Shown here one piece after another: positions 24,801-37,342 of a DNA stretch of 64,000 nt. The stretch lies in NCBI GenBank assembly GCA_030390025.1, contig CM059432.1:110176001-110240000 (forward strand), written 5' to 3'. Origin of the DNA: Squalus acanthias. Taxonomy: Eukaryota. A model generated the notes under the pieces. That model saw nothing but the letters and a program-made list of their open reading frames with translations. It did not search any database and was not told the DNA's origin. The translations under genes and the position numbers were made by a program. How positions within the stretch are numbered: position 1 is the first letter of the stretch; every line of letters starts with the position of its first letter.

Positions 24801-27526
24801 GACTGGGTATTATGTAATGAGAAAGCATTAATTAGCAATCTTGTTGTGCGAGGCCCCTTGGGGAGGAGCGATCATAATATGATAGAATTCTTCATTAAGA
24901 TGGAGAGTGAAGTAGTTGACTCAGAGACTAGGGTCCTGAATTTAAATAAAGGAAACTACGATGGTATGAGGCGCGAGTTGACTAGGCTGGATTGGGGAGC
25001 GTTACTTAAAGGGTTGACGGTGGATAGGCAATGGCAAACATTTAAAGATCGCATGGATGAACTACAGAATTTGTTCATCCCTTTTTGGCTTAAAAATAAA
25101 ACAAAAAAGGTGACTCAACCGTGGCTAACAAGGGAAATTAGTGACAGCATAAGATCCAAGGAGAGGACATATAAATTGGCCAGAAAAAGCAGCAAACCTG
25201 AGGATTGGGAGCAGTTTAGGATTCAGCAAAGGAGGACAAAGGAATTAATTAAGAGGGGGAAAATAGAATATGAGAGTAAGCTTGCAGGGAACATAAAAAC
25301 TGACTGTAAAAGCTTCGAGAGATATGTGAAGAGAAAAAGATTGGTGAAGTTAAGCGCAGGTCCCTTGCAGTCAGAATCAGGGGAATTTATAATGGGGAAC
25401 AAAGAAATGGCAGACCAATTAAATACATACTTTGGTTCTGTCTTCACAAAGGAGGACACAAATAAATTCCCAGAGATGTCGGGGAACATAGGGTCTAATG
25501 AGAGGGTGGAATGAATGAAATCAGTATTTGTAGGGAAATGGTGTTAGGGAAATTGATGGGATTGAAGGCTGATAAATCCCCAGGGCCTGATAATCTACAT
25601 CCTAGGGTAATTAAGGAAGTGGCCCTAGAAATAGTAGATGCATTGCTGGTCATCTTTCAAAATTCTATGGACTCTGGAACAGTTCCCATGGATTGGAGGG
25701 TAGCTAATGTAACCCCACTATTTAAAAAAGGTGGTAGTAAAAAAACAGGGAATTATAGACTGGTAAGCCTGACATCGGTAGTGGGGAAAATACTAGAGTC
25801 CATTATAAAAGATGTAATAGCAGAGCACTTGGAAAAGTGACAGGATCGGACAAAGTCAACATGGATTTACAAAAGGTACATCATGCCTGACTAATCCACT
25901 GGAATTTTTTGAGGATGTAACTGGTAGAATAGATAAGGGAGAACCAGTGGATGTGGTGTATTTGGACTTTCAGAAGGCTTTCGATAAGGTCCCGCGTAAG
26001 AGATTAGCGTGCAAAGTTAAAGCACATGGGATTGGGGGTAAGGTATTGATTGGATAGAGAACTGGTTGGCAGACAGGAAGCAAAGAGTTGGAATAAACGG
26101 GTCTTTTTCCGAGTGGCAGGCAGTGACTAGTGGGGTTCCGCAGGGATCGGTGCTAGGACCCCAGCTATTCACAATATATATTAATGATCTAGACAAGGGA
26201 ACTAGATGTAATATCTCTAAGTTTGCAGATGACACAAAGCTGGGTGGGCGTGTGTGCTGTGAGGAGGATGCAGAGAAACTCCAGTATGATTTGGACAGGT
26301 TGGGTGATTGGGCAGATGCATGGCAGATGCAGTATAATGTGGATAAATGCGAGGTTATCCACTTTGGTGGCAAGAACAGGAAGACAGATTATTATCTGAA
26401 CGGCAATAGATTGGGAAAAGGGGAAGTGCAACGAGATCTGGGAGTCCTTGTGCACCAGTCACTGAAGGTAAGCATGCAGGTGCAGCAGGCGGTTCAGAAA
26501 GCAAATGGTGTGTTGGCCTTCATAGCGAGAAGATTCGAGTACAGGAGCAAGGATGTCTTGCTGCAGTTGTACAAGGCCTTGGTGAGACCACACCTTGAGT
26601 ATTGTGTGCAGTTTTGGTCGCCTTATCTGAGGAAGGATGTTCTTGCCATGGAGGGAGTGCAGCAAAGATTTACCAGACTGATACCTGGGATGGCAGGAAT
26701 GACGTATAAGAGAGATTGGGTCGATTAAGCTTATATTCGCTAGAGTTTCGAAGAATGAGAGGGGATCTCATTGAAACTTATAAAATTCTAACAGGACTAG
26801 ACAGACTAGATGCAGGAAGGATGTTCCCGATGGCGGGGGAGTCCAGAACCAGAGGTCACAGTCTAAGGATAAGGGGTAAGCCATTTAGGACTGAGATGAG
26901 GAGGAATTTCTTCACCCAGAGAGTGGTGAACCTGTGGAATTCTCTACCACAGAAGGCAGTTGAGGCCAATTCCTTAAATATATTCAAGAAGGAGATAGAT
27001 ATATTTCTTAAGGCTAAAGGGATATTGGGAGAAAGCAGGGACAGGGCACTGAATTTGGATGATCAGCCATGATCTCATTCAATGGCGGAGCAGGCTCGAG
27101 GGGCCGAATGGCCTACTCCTGCTCCTATCTTCTATGCTTCTATGCTGATGACGCCGTTGAGGAGGCCATCAAACGAAGCTGAGGAGCGCTACAATGCCAG
27201 CCACATTTCGACCAGATCCATTATTGAGCAAATCATCGGCTTGCTGAAGATGCGATTCAGATGCCTTGATAGATCAGATGGAGCCCTACAGTATTCAGCA
27301 GCCAGTGTCTCCAGAATCGTCGTGGTCTGCTGTGCACTGCATAACATCGCACAGCATCATGGCTTGCAGCTGCCTGAGGAACAAGTGGCTCAGCACATAG
27401 CCTCCTCAGAGAAGGGAGGAGGAGGAGGAACACCTTGCGGAGGCGGATGCGCCAGTTCCAGCAGCACGCGAGCTCATTGCTGCCCGTGATGCAAGGGATG
27501 CACTAATCTTTGCCAGATTCGCTTAA
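21872..27526 (+). pseudogene. Harbinger DDE transposase (21872-22699 plus 27148-27526), split by a CR1
   Basis: [86 protein letters not shown]. Also frameshifted. Confidence 0.93.
22700..27143 (+). mobile_element. Near-full-length CR1 LINE (5' UTR, ORF1 23153-24082, ORF2 to about 27050, 3' UTR) with both ORFs disrupted
   Basis: ORF1 has CxxC..CxxC plus GDSIVRG, HIGTND and DGLHL esterase motifs. ORF2 has [25 protein letters not shown] and FADD. Tail ttctatgcttctat; TSD gctg at 22696-22699 and 27144-27147. Confidence 0.95.
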
Positions 27527-29169
27527 GTAGATGAATCAAACAAATGTGGCTGGCACCTTCTTAACACACCATACACAATGTACAAGAACCTGTGGGTTCC
27601 TATCACTCTCACCACCATTACAAATGCAAGTCGCCCTGAGCCCTCAATGTGGAACTTCCATTTCCGAAATCACATAGGCCAGAACTTCAACTGTTTGCCA
27701 TCACTTCTGTTTAATCCATTCACAAAAGGATTACAATGTCAAATATTAAAGAAAACAAAAGACAACAGAACAGAACACCCAAGTGACTACTCTTGTGACT
27801 ACTTGTGCTTTATCTTCCTCTTACGCGTGCTTCTACGTGGTGCCTCCCCTGTGGCTTCAGCAGATGTGGAGCCCCCTTGCTCACTCTCATGCTGCTCCTG
27901 CTTCAACACCTTTGGTGGGCGTCCTCTGGGTTTGCGAGCCTGTGAGGGCTCGTCAACAGTCTGCTCCTCCTGTGTCTGTGCAGCGGCTGAGATGCCCATC
28001 TCAGTTGGGTGAGGACTCTGGTGGGGCTCTGACCAAGGGCTACTCAGTGGCATGGGAGTGAGCGCTCTTGGAGGGGAGCCCCGACTTCCTTGTTGCCTGC
28101 CACCAACATCCCTCTCATGGGCCAGCCCCACTTCAGTGCTAGCAAGTGGCTTGACAGCACCTTGTTGCACATCAGGGGGGCCATGAAGACCCGTATCTGC
28201 ACTGGCAGTCCAACTCAAAAGGACTCCCATGAAGCTCTGGTTTCTCTGCTCAATAGCTGCCCATCGCTCCTCCAGAGATGTCAGTCTATTCTGAACATTG
28301 ACCATGTTTTCCTGACTCTGGCGACTTATTTCCTCCATGAGCGTAGCCAGCCTTTCCAGAGAGGTTGCCATCCTATCCATGTTGGTGCGTTCATGTGCCA
28401 TTGCCTCCAGAAAGACACTGCTTATGTTCGACATGGACTCCTCCATCCTCTCCACACTCGCAGTAACCCTGGAGACAAAACCTGCCAGAGACTCCTGCAC
28501 TTGTCCCTGGAGTTCCAGCACCGATCTTTTTCTGGATGGACCCGGAGGCACAGGGTCCATATGCAGCTGAGCAGAGCTGGGAGTGCCCTGCGGCCTCCAA
28601 CGAGGACTCTCCAATGCTGTCCCTGTCTCCACCATCTGCTGATGCTCACTTGTGAGCTGTGATACACCAGGTGACAACACTACTCTATCTCCCAAAGGTC
28701 CCACTGAGGTGTGCGTATCTGCGCTGGTGCTGGGTGCGCTTAATTCTGCAGATGCTGCACCCTCAGAGGTTGCAGGTTCCTCTGAGGAGTCTTCTGGCTC
28801 CGGCTCTTCCCCCTGGACAGTGGGGAGGGGGGCTGTCAATGGTCCTGTGGTGGAGTAAAGGCATGAGTTACACATGTGATATTAACGTAGCATGCACATG
28901 GAATAGTGCAGATCATAAGTCAATCTGTATGAGCATCAGATGCCATATCAGTCACTCATGCAATGTAAATGAGATGCGCAAATCTATTCTGTCACCAGCT
29001 TGCTCTACTGCACTCGTCTGACTGTCCCCCAAGTCCAGATCCTCATCACCTCCACTTATTTTGAGGGCAGCCTCCTCAGCATTGGTCAAATGGGAAATTG
29101 AAGGTGGCCCTCCCTCCTGTCCTAGCCCTCTCCCTCTTATTGTGGGCTCTCTTTTCCTGCAATGAGTAG

Positions 29170-31395
29170 TCATGGAAAAGGACAAAGATGGACCGCAGAT
29201 AAAGGCTCTAAATTGGGGGAAGGCCGATTTTAATATGATAAGGCAGGATCTGGCCAAAGTGGACTGGGATCAGCTCCTTGTAGGAAAATCCACATCAGAG
29301 CAGTGTGAGTCTTTCAGAAAGGAAATAGAGAGAGTACAACGGCAACATGTTCCCGTAAAGGTCAAGGGTGGGACCAACAAGCCCAGGGAACCCTGGATGT
29401 CAAGGGATATACGAGAATGGATTAGGAAAAAAAGGGAGGCTTTTGGCAGATAAAAAGGACTAAAAACAGTGGAAGCCCTAGAGTAGTATAGAAAGTGCAG
29501 GGGGGTACTTAAAAAAGAAATTAGGAGAGCGAAGAGGGGGCATGAAATAACACTGGCGGGCAAAATAAAGGAAAATCCCAAGGTGTTTTATAAGTATATT
29601 AAGGGCAAGAGGATAACCAGGGAAAGAGTAGGGCCCATTAGGGACCAAAGTGGCAATCTGTGTGTAGAGCCGGAAGATATAGGTGGGGTTTTAAATGAAT
29701 ATTTTGCATCTGTGTTCACTATGGAGAAGGACGATGTAGGCATAGAAATCAGCCAGGGGGATTGTGATATACTTGAACAAATTAGTATTGAGAGGGAGGA
29801 GGTACTAGCAGTTTTAGCGGGCTTAAAAGTGGATAAATCCCCAGGCCCAGACGAGATGTATCCCAGGCTGCTGTGTGAGGCAAGGGAGGAGATTGCAGGG
29901 GCTCTGACACAAATTTTCAGAACCTCTCTGGCCACAGGGGAGGTGCCAGAGGACTGGAGAACAGCTAACGTAGTACCATTATTCAAGAAGGGTAGTAGGG
30001 ATAAACCAGGGAATTACAGGCCAGTGAGCCCAACATCAGTAGTAGGGAAATTATTGGAAAAAATTCTGAGGGACAGAATTAGTCTCCACTTGGAGAGGCA
30101 AGGATTAATCAAGGATAGTCAGCATGGCTTTGTCAGGGGGAGATCATGTCTGACCAATTTGATTGGATTTTGAGAGGGGGTGACTAGGTGTGTGGATGAG
30201 GGTAGTGCAGTTGATGTAGTCTACATGGACTTCAGTAAGGCTTTTGACAAAGTCCCGCATGGGAGATTGGTCAAGAAGATAAAAGCCCATGGGATCCAGG
30301 GCAACTTGGCACATTGGATCCAAAATTGGCTTAGTGGCAGGAGGCAGAGGGTGATGGTCGAAGGTTGTTTTTGTGACTGGAAGCCTGTGTCCAGTGGTGT
30401 ACCGCAGGGATCGGTGCTGGGTCCTTTGCTGTTTGTAGTGTACATTAATGATTTAGATATGAATGTAGGAGGTATGATCAGTAAGTTCGCAGATGACACG
30501 AAAATTGGTGGGGTGGTAAATAGCGAGGAGGGAAGCCTCAGGCTACAGGACGATATAGACGGGTTGGTCAGATGGGCAGAACAGTGGCAAATGGAATTTA
30601 ACCCTGAAAAGTGTGAGTTGATGCATTTTGGGAGGACTAACAAGGCAAGGGAATACACAATGAATGGTAGGACCCTAGGAAGGACTGAGGATCAGAGGGA
30701 CCTTGGCGTGCATGTACATAGGTCCCTGAAGGCAACAGGACAGGTAGATAAGGTGGTTAAAAAGGCATATGGGATACTATAGCCGAGGCATAGAATATAA
30801 GAGCAGGGAGGTTATGATGGAGCTGTACATAACGCTAGTTAGGCCACAGCTGGAATACTGTGTGCAGTTCTGGTCGCCACACTATAGGAAGGATGTGATT
30901 GCATTGGAGAGGGTGCAGAGGAGATTCACCAGGATGTTACCTGGGCTGCAGCGCTTCAGCTATGAAGAGAGACTGGACAGGCTGGGGTTGTTTTCCTTAG
31001 AGCAGAGAAGGCTGAGGGGAGACCTGATTGAGGTGTACAAAATTATGAGGGGCATAGATAGGGTAGATAGAAAGGAACTTTTCCCCTTAGTAGAGGGGTC
31101 AATAACCAGGGGGCATAGTTCCAAGGTCAGGGGCAGGAGGTTTAGAGGGGATTTGAGGAAAAACTTTTTCACCCAGAGGGTGGTTGGAATCTGGAACTCT
31201 GCCTGAAAGGCTGGTAGAGGCAGGAACCCTCACAACATTCAAGAAGCATTTAGATGAGCACTTGAAACGCCATAGCATACAAGGCTACGGACCAAGTGCT
31301 GGAAAATGGGATTAAAATAGACGGGGCTTGATGGCCGGCGCGGACATAATGGGCCGAAGGGCCTCTTTCTGTGCTGTATAACTCTATGACTCTAA
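29170..31395 (+). mobile_element. 5'-truncated CR1 (ORF2 tether, RT and 3' UTR)
   Basis: [36 protein letters not shown]; (ctctatga)n tail. Confidence 0.93.
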
Positions 31396-32700
31396 TAGAA
31401 GCATAGAAGATAGGAGCAGGAGTAGGCCATTCGGCCCCTCGAGCCTGCTCCGCCATTCGATGAGATCATGGCTGATCATCCAAACTCAGTACCCTGTACC
31501 TGCCTTCTCCCCATATCCCTTGATACCTTTAGCTTTAAGAAATATATCTAACTCATTCTTGAATATATTTAATGACTTGGCCTCAACTACCTTCTGTGGT
31601 AGAGAATTCCACAGGTTCACCACTCTCTGGGTGAAGAAATTCTTCCTCATTTCTGTCCTAAATGGCTTACCCGTTATCCTTAGATTATGACCCCTGGTTC
31701 TGGACTCACCGACCATCGGGAACATTCTTCCTGCATCTAGTTTGTCTAGACCTGTCAGAATTTTATATGTTTCGATGAGATCCCCTCTCATTCTTCTATA
31801 CTCCAGCGAGTATAAGCCCAATCGACCCAATCTCTCCTCCTATGTCATTCCTGCCATCCCAGGTGAATCTTCGCTGAACTCCTTCCATGGCAAGAACATC
31901 CTTCCTCAGATAAGGCGACCAAAACTGCACACAGTACTCAAGGTGTGGTCTCACCAAGGCCCTGTACAACTGCAGCAGGACATCCCTCTTCCTATACTCA
32001 AACCCTTTCGCTATGAAGGCCAACATACCATTTGCCTTCTTCACCGCCTGCTGCACCTGCATGCTTACTTTCAGCGACTGGTGCACAAGGACACCCAGGT
32101 CTCGTTGCACTTCCCCTTCTCCCAATCTATTGCCATTCAGATAATAGTCTGCCTTTCTGTTTTTGACACCAAAGTGGATAACCTTGCACTTATCCACGTT
32201 ATATTGCATCTGCCACGCTTCTGCCCACTCACCTAACCTGTCCAAATCATCCTGGAGTTTCTCGGTATCCTCCTCGCAGCACACACCCCCACCCAGCTTT
32301 GTGTCATCTGCAAGCTTGGAGATATTACATTTAGTTCCCTTATCTAGATCATTAATGTATATTGTGAATAGCTGGGGTCCAAGGACCGATCCCTGCGGTA
32401 CCCCACTAGTCACTGCTTGCCACTTGGAAAAAGACCCATTAATTCCTACTCTCTGCTTTCTGTCCGCCAACCAGTTCTCTATCCAAGTCAATACCTTGCC
32501 CCCAATCCCATGTGCCTTAACTTTACACGCTAATCTCTTATGCGGGACCTTATCGAAAGCCTTTTGAAAGTCCAAATACACCACATCTACTGGTTCTCCC
32601 TTATCTATTTTCCCAGTTACATCCTCAAAAAATTCCAGTAGATTAGTCAAGCACGATTTACCTTTTGTAAATCCATGTTGACTTTTTCCGATCCTGTCAC
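31396..32700 (-). mobile_element. 5'-truncated CR1, same family group as the 22700 element
   Basis: [25 protein letters not shown]; tail cctatcttctatgcttcta. Outer TSD tgag at 29163-29166 and 32701-32704. Confidence 0.93.
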
Positions 32701-33627
32701 TGAGGGAGACAAGTGGAGTTTGAGTGAGAATGGTGGAGTGAGTGTAGAGAAGCCATAGCATAGATGCTTAGAAGATAAAGATGGAGTGAGGTGCCAATAC
32801 CAAGGGCCCTCCCTGTGCGTGGTTAGTTGTAGCCATTGCATAACAGTGATAGCGAGTGTGAGGGCAGCATAGTCGAATAGTGAAGTGATTCTGTACATAG
32901 AGAGAGGGGGATGGTTAAGGGTGCAAGGGATGTCAGGGTAAAGTGGGATGTGGAGGAGTAGGTTGACAATGCAGAGTGCTGGTGATGAGAGGAGATGGGG
33001 CGCAGATTGAGGGTCATAGTGATGTTATACTCACTTTCCCTGAGCGGACCAGGTCATTGAACCTTTTTCGGCACTGCACCCAGGTTCGAATGCACATCGA
33101 TCTCGAGCTGACCTCCTGTGCAATTTGCAGCCACACAGCTTTGGTCTGCTGTGGTGGCTTCTTCCTCCCAGGATGGGAAGAGTACCTCCTTTTGACCTCT
33201 GACTCCCTCCACAAGAGCATGGAGGGAGTCATCAGCAAATCTTGGTGAGGCCTTCGCCCTTGAGGTTGCCATGTCAGCAGTAGTCAGCAGAGTAGACAAT
33301 CCAGAAGCAAATAATGAGAGAATGAACCAAGGCTGCATGGGCCCCTTAAATGCAGCTGGCTCACAGACGTCAGCAGAGGCGCGTTCCAGACCCAAAACAC
33401 TAATTGGCCAGGGGAGCACACACGCAGGGAATCAATTGCCCAATTAGGGCAAAATCGCAATTTTTTACCGGCTGAAAGCAGAGGCGGGACAAGGGGCCCA
33501 CCAACCACCTGACCCGCACCCACCCCACCACCAATGATAAAATCGTGGCCAAGGTCTCTGTCAAACACAGCAGCAGCACAGCAAAATTGGTCTCATGATG
33601 GTTTCAAAATCCTTTCAGTTGGGGAAT

Positions 33628-34074
33628 GAAAGAAACACTTGCATTTCTATAGCGCCTTTCACGACGTCCCAAAGTGCGTTACAGCCAATTAAATACTTTT
33701 TTGAAGTGTAGTCACTGTTGTAATGTAGGAAACGCGGCAGCCAGTTTGCACACAGCAAGCTCCCACAATGACCAGATAATCTGTTTTTGTTATGTTGGTT
33801 GAGGGATAAATACTGGCCAGGACACCGGGGAGAACTCCCCTGCTCTTCTTTGAAATAGTGCCATGGGATCTTTTACGTCCACCTGAGAGAGAAGACAGGG
33901 CCTCGGTTTAACATCTCATCTGAAAGACGGCACCTCGGACAGTGCAGCACTCCCTCAGCACTGCACTGGGAGTGTCAGCCTGGATTATTGTGTTCAAGTC
34001 TCTGGAGTGGGACTTGAACCCACAACCTTCTGATTCAGGAGCGAGGTGTGCTACCCACTGAACCACGGCTGACA
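33628..34074 (-). mobile_element. tRNA-head SINE with Deu-like core and L2-type tail (DeuSINE/SacSINE-like)
   Basis: Head tggttcagtgg...gggttcaagtccc (A and B boxes), core gagatgttaaaccgaggccc, tail aaaggcgctatagaaatgcaag. Confidence 0.8.
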
Positions 34075-35269
34075 TATAGAAGGTTCAGGAAAATTTTATT
34101 GCCATTTATTTCAGTTAAGGAAATCTTCTTTGCCAAGGAGAATGTTACATATTGGTCTGCTTGAGAATACGTTATACCTAGTCACCTACTAAAATAACCT
34201 AGAACCCAAAAGTGAGTTTACTGCTGCCCTATAGCTAATCAGAAATAGATGCAATATAGAGTACTGAAGCAGGCTGTGTAATAGAAATATCTCTTCCTTT
34301 ATTTGCTTGCTGTGTGCATTTCATGGTCTCCTTTTGTACTACTACTCACCCTGTGAGCATGTGTTTATAATATTGCCCTCTGTGCTCCCCTTCTGGTAGA
34401 AAGCGGCACTTCTGACTGTGGACCTTCAGGTTGTTCATAGGTGTAGTAAAAATACATCTGATAAATGATAGTTTGATGTAAAATCGGCTCCAGCAGGCTG
34501 AAGGAAAAACTAGTAAAGGGATTGTTAAATTACCCGTTGTTAAAGACCACACAGAGAAGCACAGATCACCATAACAAGAACTCGACTCCATGCCAGCTGG
34601 AGATCGGCTGAACACCTGTCTACTTAACCTGATTACGTCAGAGGCTCCAAGAGAAAGCAAATGGACTGTCTATCAATCTTGGAGTTGTATGTTAAGAAGC
34701 CTAAGGTTGACAAGCCACTGTCCCAGAGGTGTGTCTCAACATTAAGGAGACTTTAAGTCAGTGTGTGAATCACTGTTCCACCACTTTGCTGCTCCAGCCT
34801 TGCCTTTTGTTTCCTGTTGGCGCCTCCTCACCTGGCTCCATAACTATTCTCTCCCTCACAGTTTCGTGCCTTGATGCAGATTTACAGGTTGCTTCTGAAT
34901 GGCTGACCAGACTACAAGTGAAAGCCATGCTACACAACAATTGTGTCCATCAAGATATTCAGAGAATCTTGATAAGCCTGAGCCAACCATACGTATATAG
35001 ACTTTCATTAAGGGGTTAGTCTAAGATAGACATTTGATTTGCAAAAGGTTATGTATTTTGAAAATTCAGGTGTTCTTTACTTGTTGTTGTTAAAGCAATA
35101 CTAAATCGTGCATGAACCTAAGATGCTGTATAATAAACTATTGTTTTCTTCATAAAGCCATGCTTTGTGTCTGAAGTTTAAGAAAAATAGCACATTAAGT
35201 TAAATATAAAATTAGACCTTGTGGAGATAAAGAGACATTTCCCCAAATTAAATGCGTAAAAATGATTAT

Positions 35270-35760
35270 AACAACAACGACGTGTATTTACATAGCGCCT
35301 TTAATGTAGTAAAGCGTCCTAAGGCGCTTCACAGGAGTATTGTAAGACAAAAATTTGACACCGAGCCACATAAGAAGAAATTAGGGCAGGTGACCAAAAG
35401 CTTGGTCAAAGAGGTAGATTTTAAGGCGTGTCCTAAAGGACGAAAGAGAGGAAGAGAAGCGGAGAGGTTTAGGGAGGGAATTCCAGAGCTCAGGGCCTTG
35501 GTAGCTGAAGCCACGGCCACCAAAGGTTGAGCAATTATAATCAGGGATGCTCAAGAGGTCAGAATTAGAGGAGCGCAGATATCTCAGAGCTGAAGGAGAT
35601 TACAGAGATAGGGAGGGGGCGAGGCCATGGAGGGATTTGAAAACAAGGATGAGAATTTTGAAATCGGGGCATTGCTTAACCGGGAGCCAATGTAGGTCAG
35701 CGAGCACAGGGGTGATAGATGAGCGGGACTTGGTGCGAGTTAAGACACGGGCAGCCGAGT
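35270..35760 (-). mobile_element. L2 LINE 3' fragment
   Basis: Homologous to 15389-15990; L2-type tail. Confidence 0.82.
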
Positions 35761-35949
35761 ATAAAAGCATAAAATCACTTTGTGCTTTTTTGCTCCTACA
35801 TAGGGAATGGTAGAGGGATCAGCAATCCTCCATGATGGTGGAGGCTCAGAGCCAAGAGCCATTATGGAAGTTTCCCTGCCTTCCAGTTGGCACTACATCA
35901 AACATGGCCAGAATTGCACAAGATCAGGGACAGTCTCTGGCATACATTA

Positions 35950-36956
35950 CATTAGAAAATCATAACATGATTAGGCAGAGTCAACATGGTTTTATGAAAG
36001 GGAAATCGTGTTTGACAAATTAGAGTTTTTGAGGATGTAACCAGCAGGGTAGATAAAGGGGAACAAGTGGATGTAGTATATTTGGATTTCCAAAAGGCAT
36101 TCGATAAGTTGCAAAGGGAAATGGATAGACCAAGTGAGTGGGCAGTAAGGTGGCAGATGGAGTATAATGTAGGGAAATGTGAAGTTATTCACTTTGGTAG
36201 GAAGAATAGAAAAACAGAATATTTTTTAAATGGTGAGAAACTTTCAAATGTTGGTGTTCAGAGAGAAAGCTAGCATGAAGGTACAGCAAGCAATAAGGAA
36301 GGCAAATGGCATGTTGGCCTTTATTGCAAGGGGGTTGGAATATAAGAGTAAGGAAGTCTTGCTACAATTGTACAGGGCCTTAGTGAGATCACACCTGGAG
36401 TACTGTGCACAGTTTTGGTCTCCTTATCTAAGGAAGGATATACTTGCCTTGGAGGTGGTGCAACAAAGGTTCACTAGATTGATTCCTAGGATGAGAGGGC
36501 TGTCCCGTGATGAGAGATTGTGTAGAATGGGCCGATACTCTCTGGAGTTTAGAAGAATGAGAGGTGATCTCATTGAAACATACAAGATTCTGAAGGGGAT
36601 TGACAGGGTAGATGCTGAGAGGTTGTTTCCCCTGGCTGGAGTGTCTAGAACTAGGGGGCATAGTCTCAGGATAAGAGGTAGGCCATTTAAGACCGAGATG
36701 AGGAGGAATTTCTTCACTCAGAGGGTTGTGAATCTTTGGAATTCTCTGCCCCAGAGGGCTGTGAATGCTGAGTCTTTGAGTATATTCAAGGTTGAGATAG
36801 ATAGATTTTTGGACTCTGGGGGAATCAAGGGATATGGAGATCGGGCAGGAAAGTGGAGTTAAGGTCGATGATCAGCCATGATCTTATTGAATGATGGAGC
36901 AGGCTCACGGGGCCATATGGCCTACTCCTGCTCCTAATTCTTATGTTCTTATGTTC
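35950..36956 (+). mobile_element. CR1 3' fragment with internal deletions; same family as 47181-53621
   Basis: [25 protein letters not shown], 210-aa C-terminal ORF, (ttcttatg)n tail. Confidence 0.9.
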
Positions 36957-37342
36957 TGATTGCACTTTCGCTGATGCCAGAACTGGAGGCTTTGGTTGCA
37001 GTAGGGCACTACAATGAATGGGACTAGCATAATTGTGGCTAGTCCAGATGGTGGAAATGGGTTTAACATTCAACGGTATAGAGTGTCTAGACTGAGCAGG
37101 AAAGAAGGTGCTGTAGCCCTATTTGTCAGGGACATCTGGATGATAAATGAAGAAGTTGATCTTGTGGGAGGAGGCAAGCTACAAAAATGGACTATACATC
37201 TTGAATACAAAAAGATCTAGGCTAATACTAGAGGTGTGCTACAGCCTCCAGGAGACTTTAATGAACCACATATAAACTGGCTAGTTTCGAGTCAGAGTTA
37301 GTAAGGGCACAAGGGAGCATCTCACAAACAGTGACCATAACA

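Larger units (their letters stand above)
27799..33272 (-). pseudogene. Harbinger Myb/SANT gene: exon 1 33272-33035, exon 2 29156-28996, exon 3 about 28812-27799
   Basis: Exon 1 PRFADDSLHALVEGV...WLQIAQEV...RTWVQCRKRFNDLVRSGK|gtgagt (frameshifted). Exon 2 EKRAHNKRERARTGG. Exon 3 is open, with an acidic stretch, coiled-coil-like region, PRGRPPK and a basic tail. Confidence 0.85.
21347..33550. mobile_element. Complete-ended Harbinger transposon (about 4.2 kb native) inflated to 12.2 kb by three nested CR1s
   Basis: TIR ggccgtgatttt / aaaatcgtggcc, both CpG-decay products of GGCCGCGATTTT. TSD AAG at 21344-21346 and 33551-33553. Plus-strand transposase and minus-strand Myb gene are convergent. 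Confidence 0.92.

Noticed and set aside
33980..34074. tRNA gene (also 55141-55227 and 14347-14430)
   Set aside because: The A/B boxes continue into SINE body and LINE-type tails, and no complete cloverleaf is supported.
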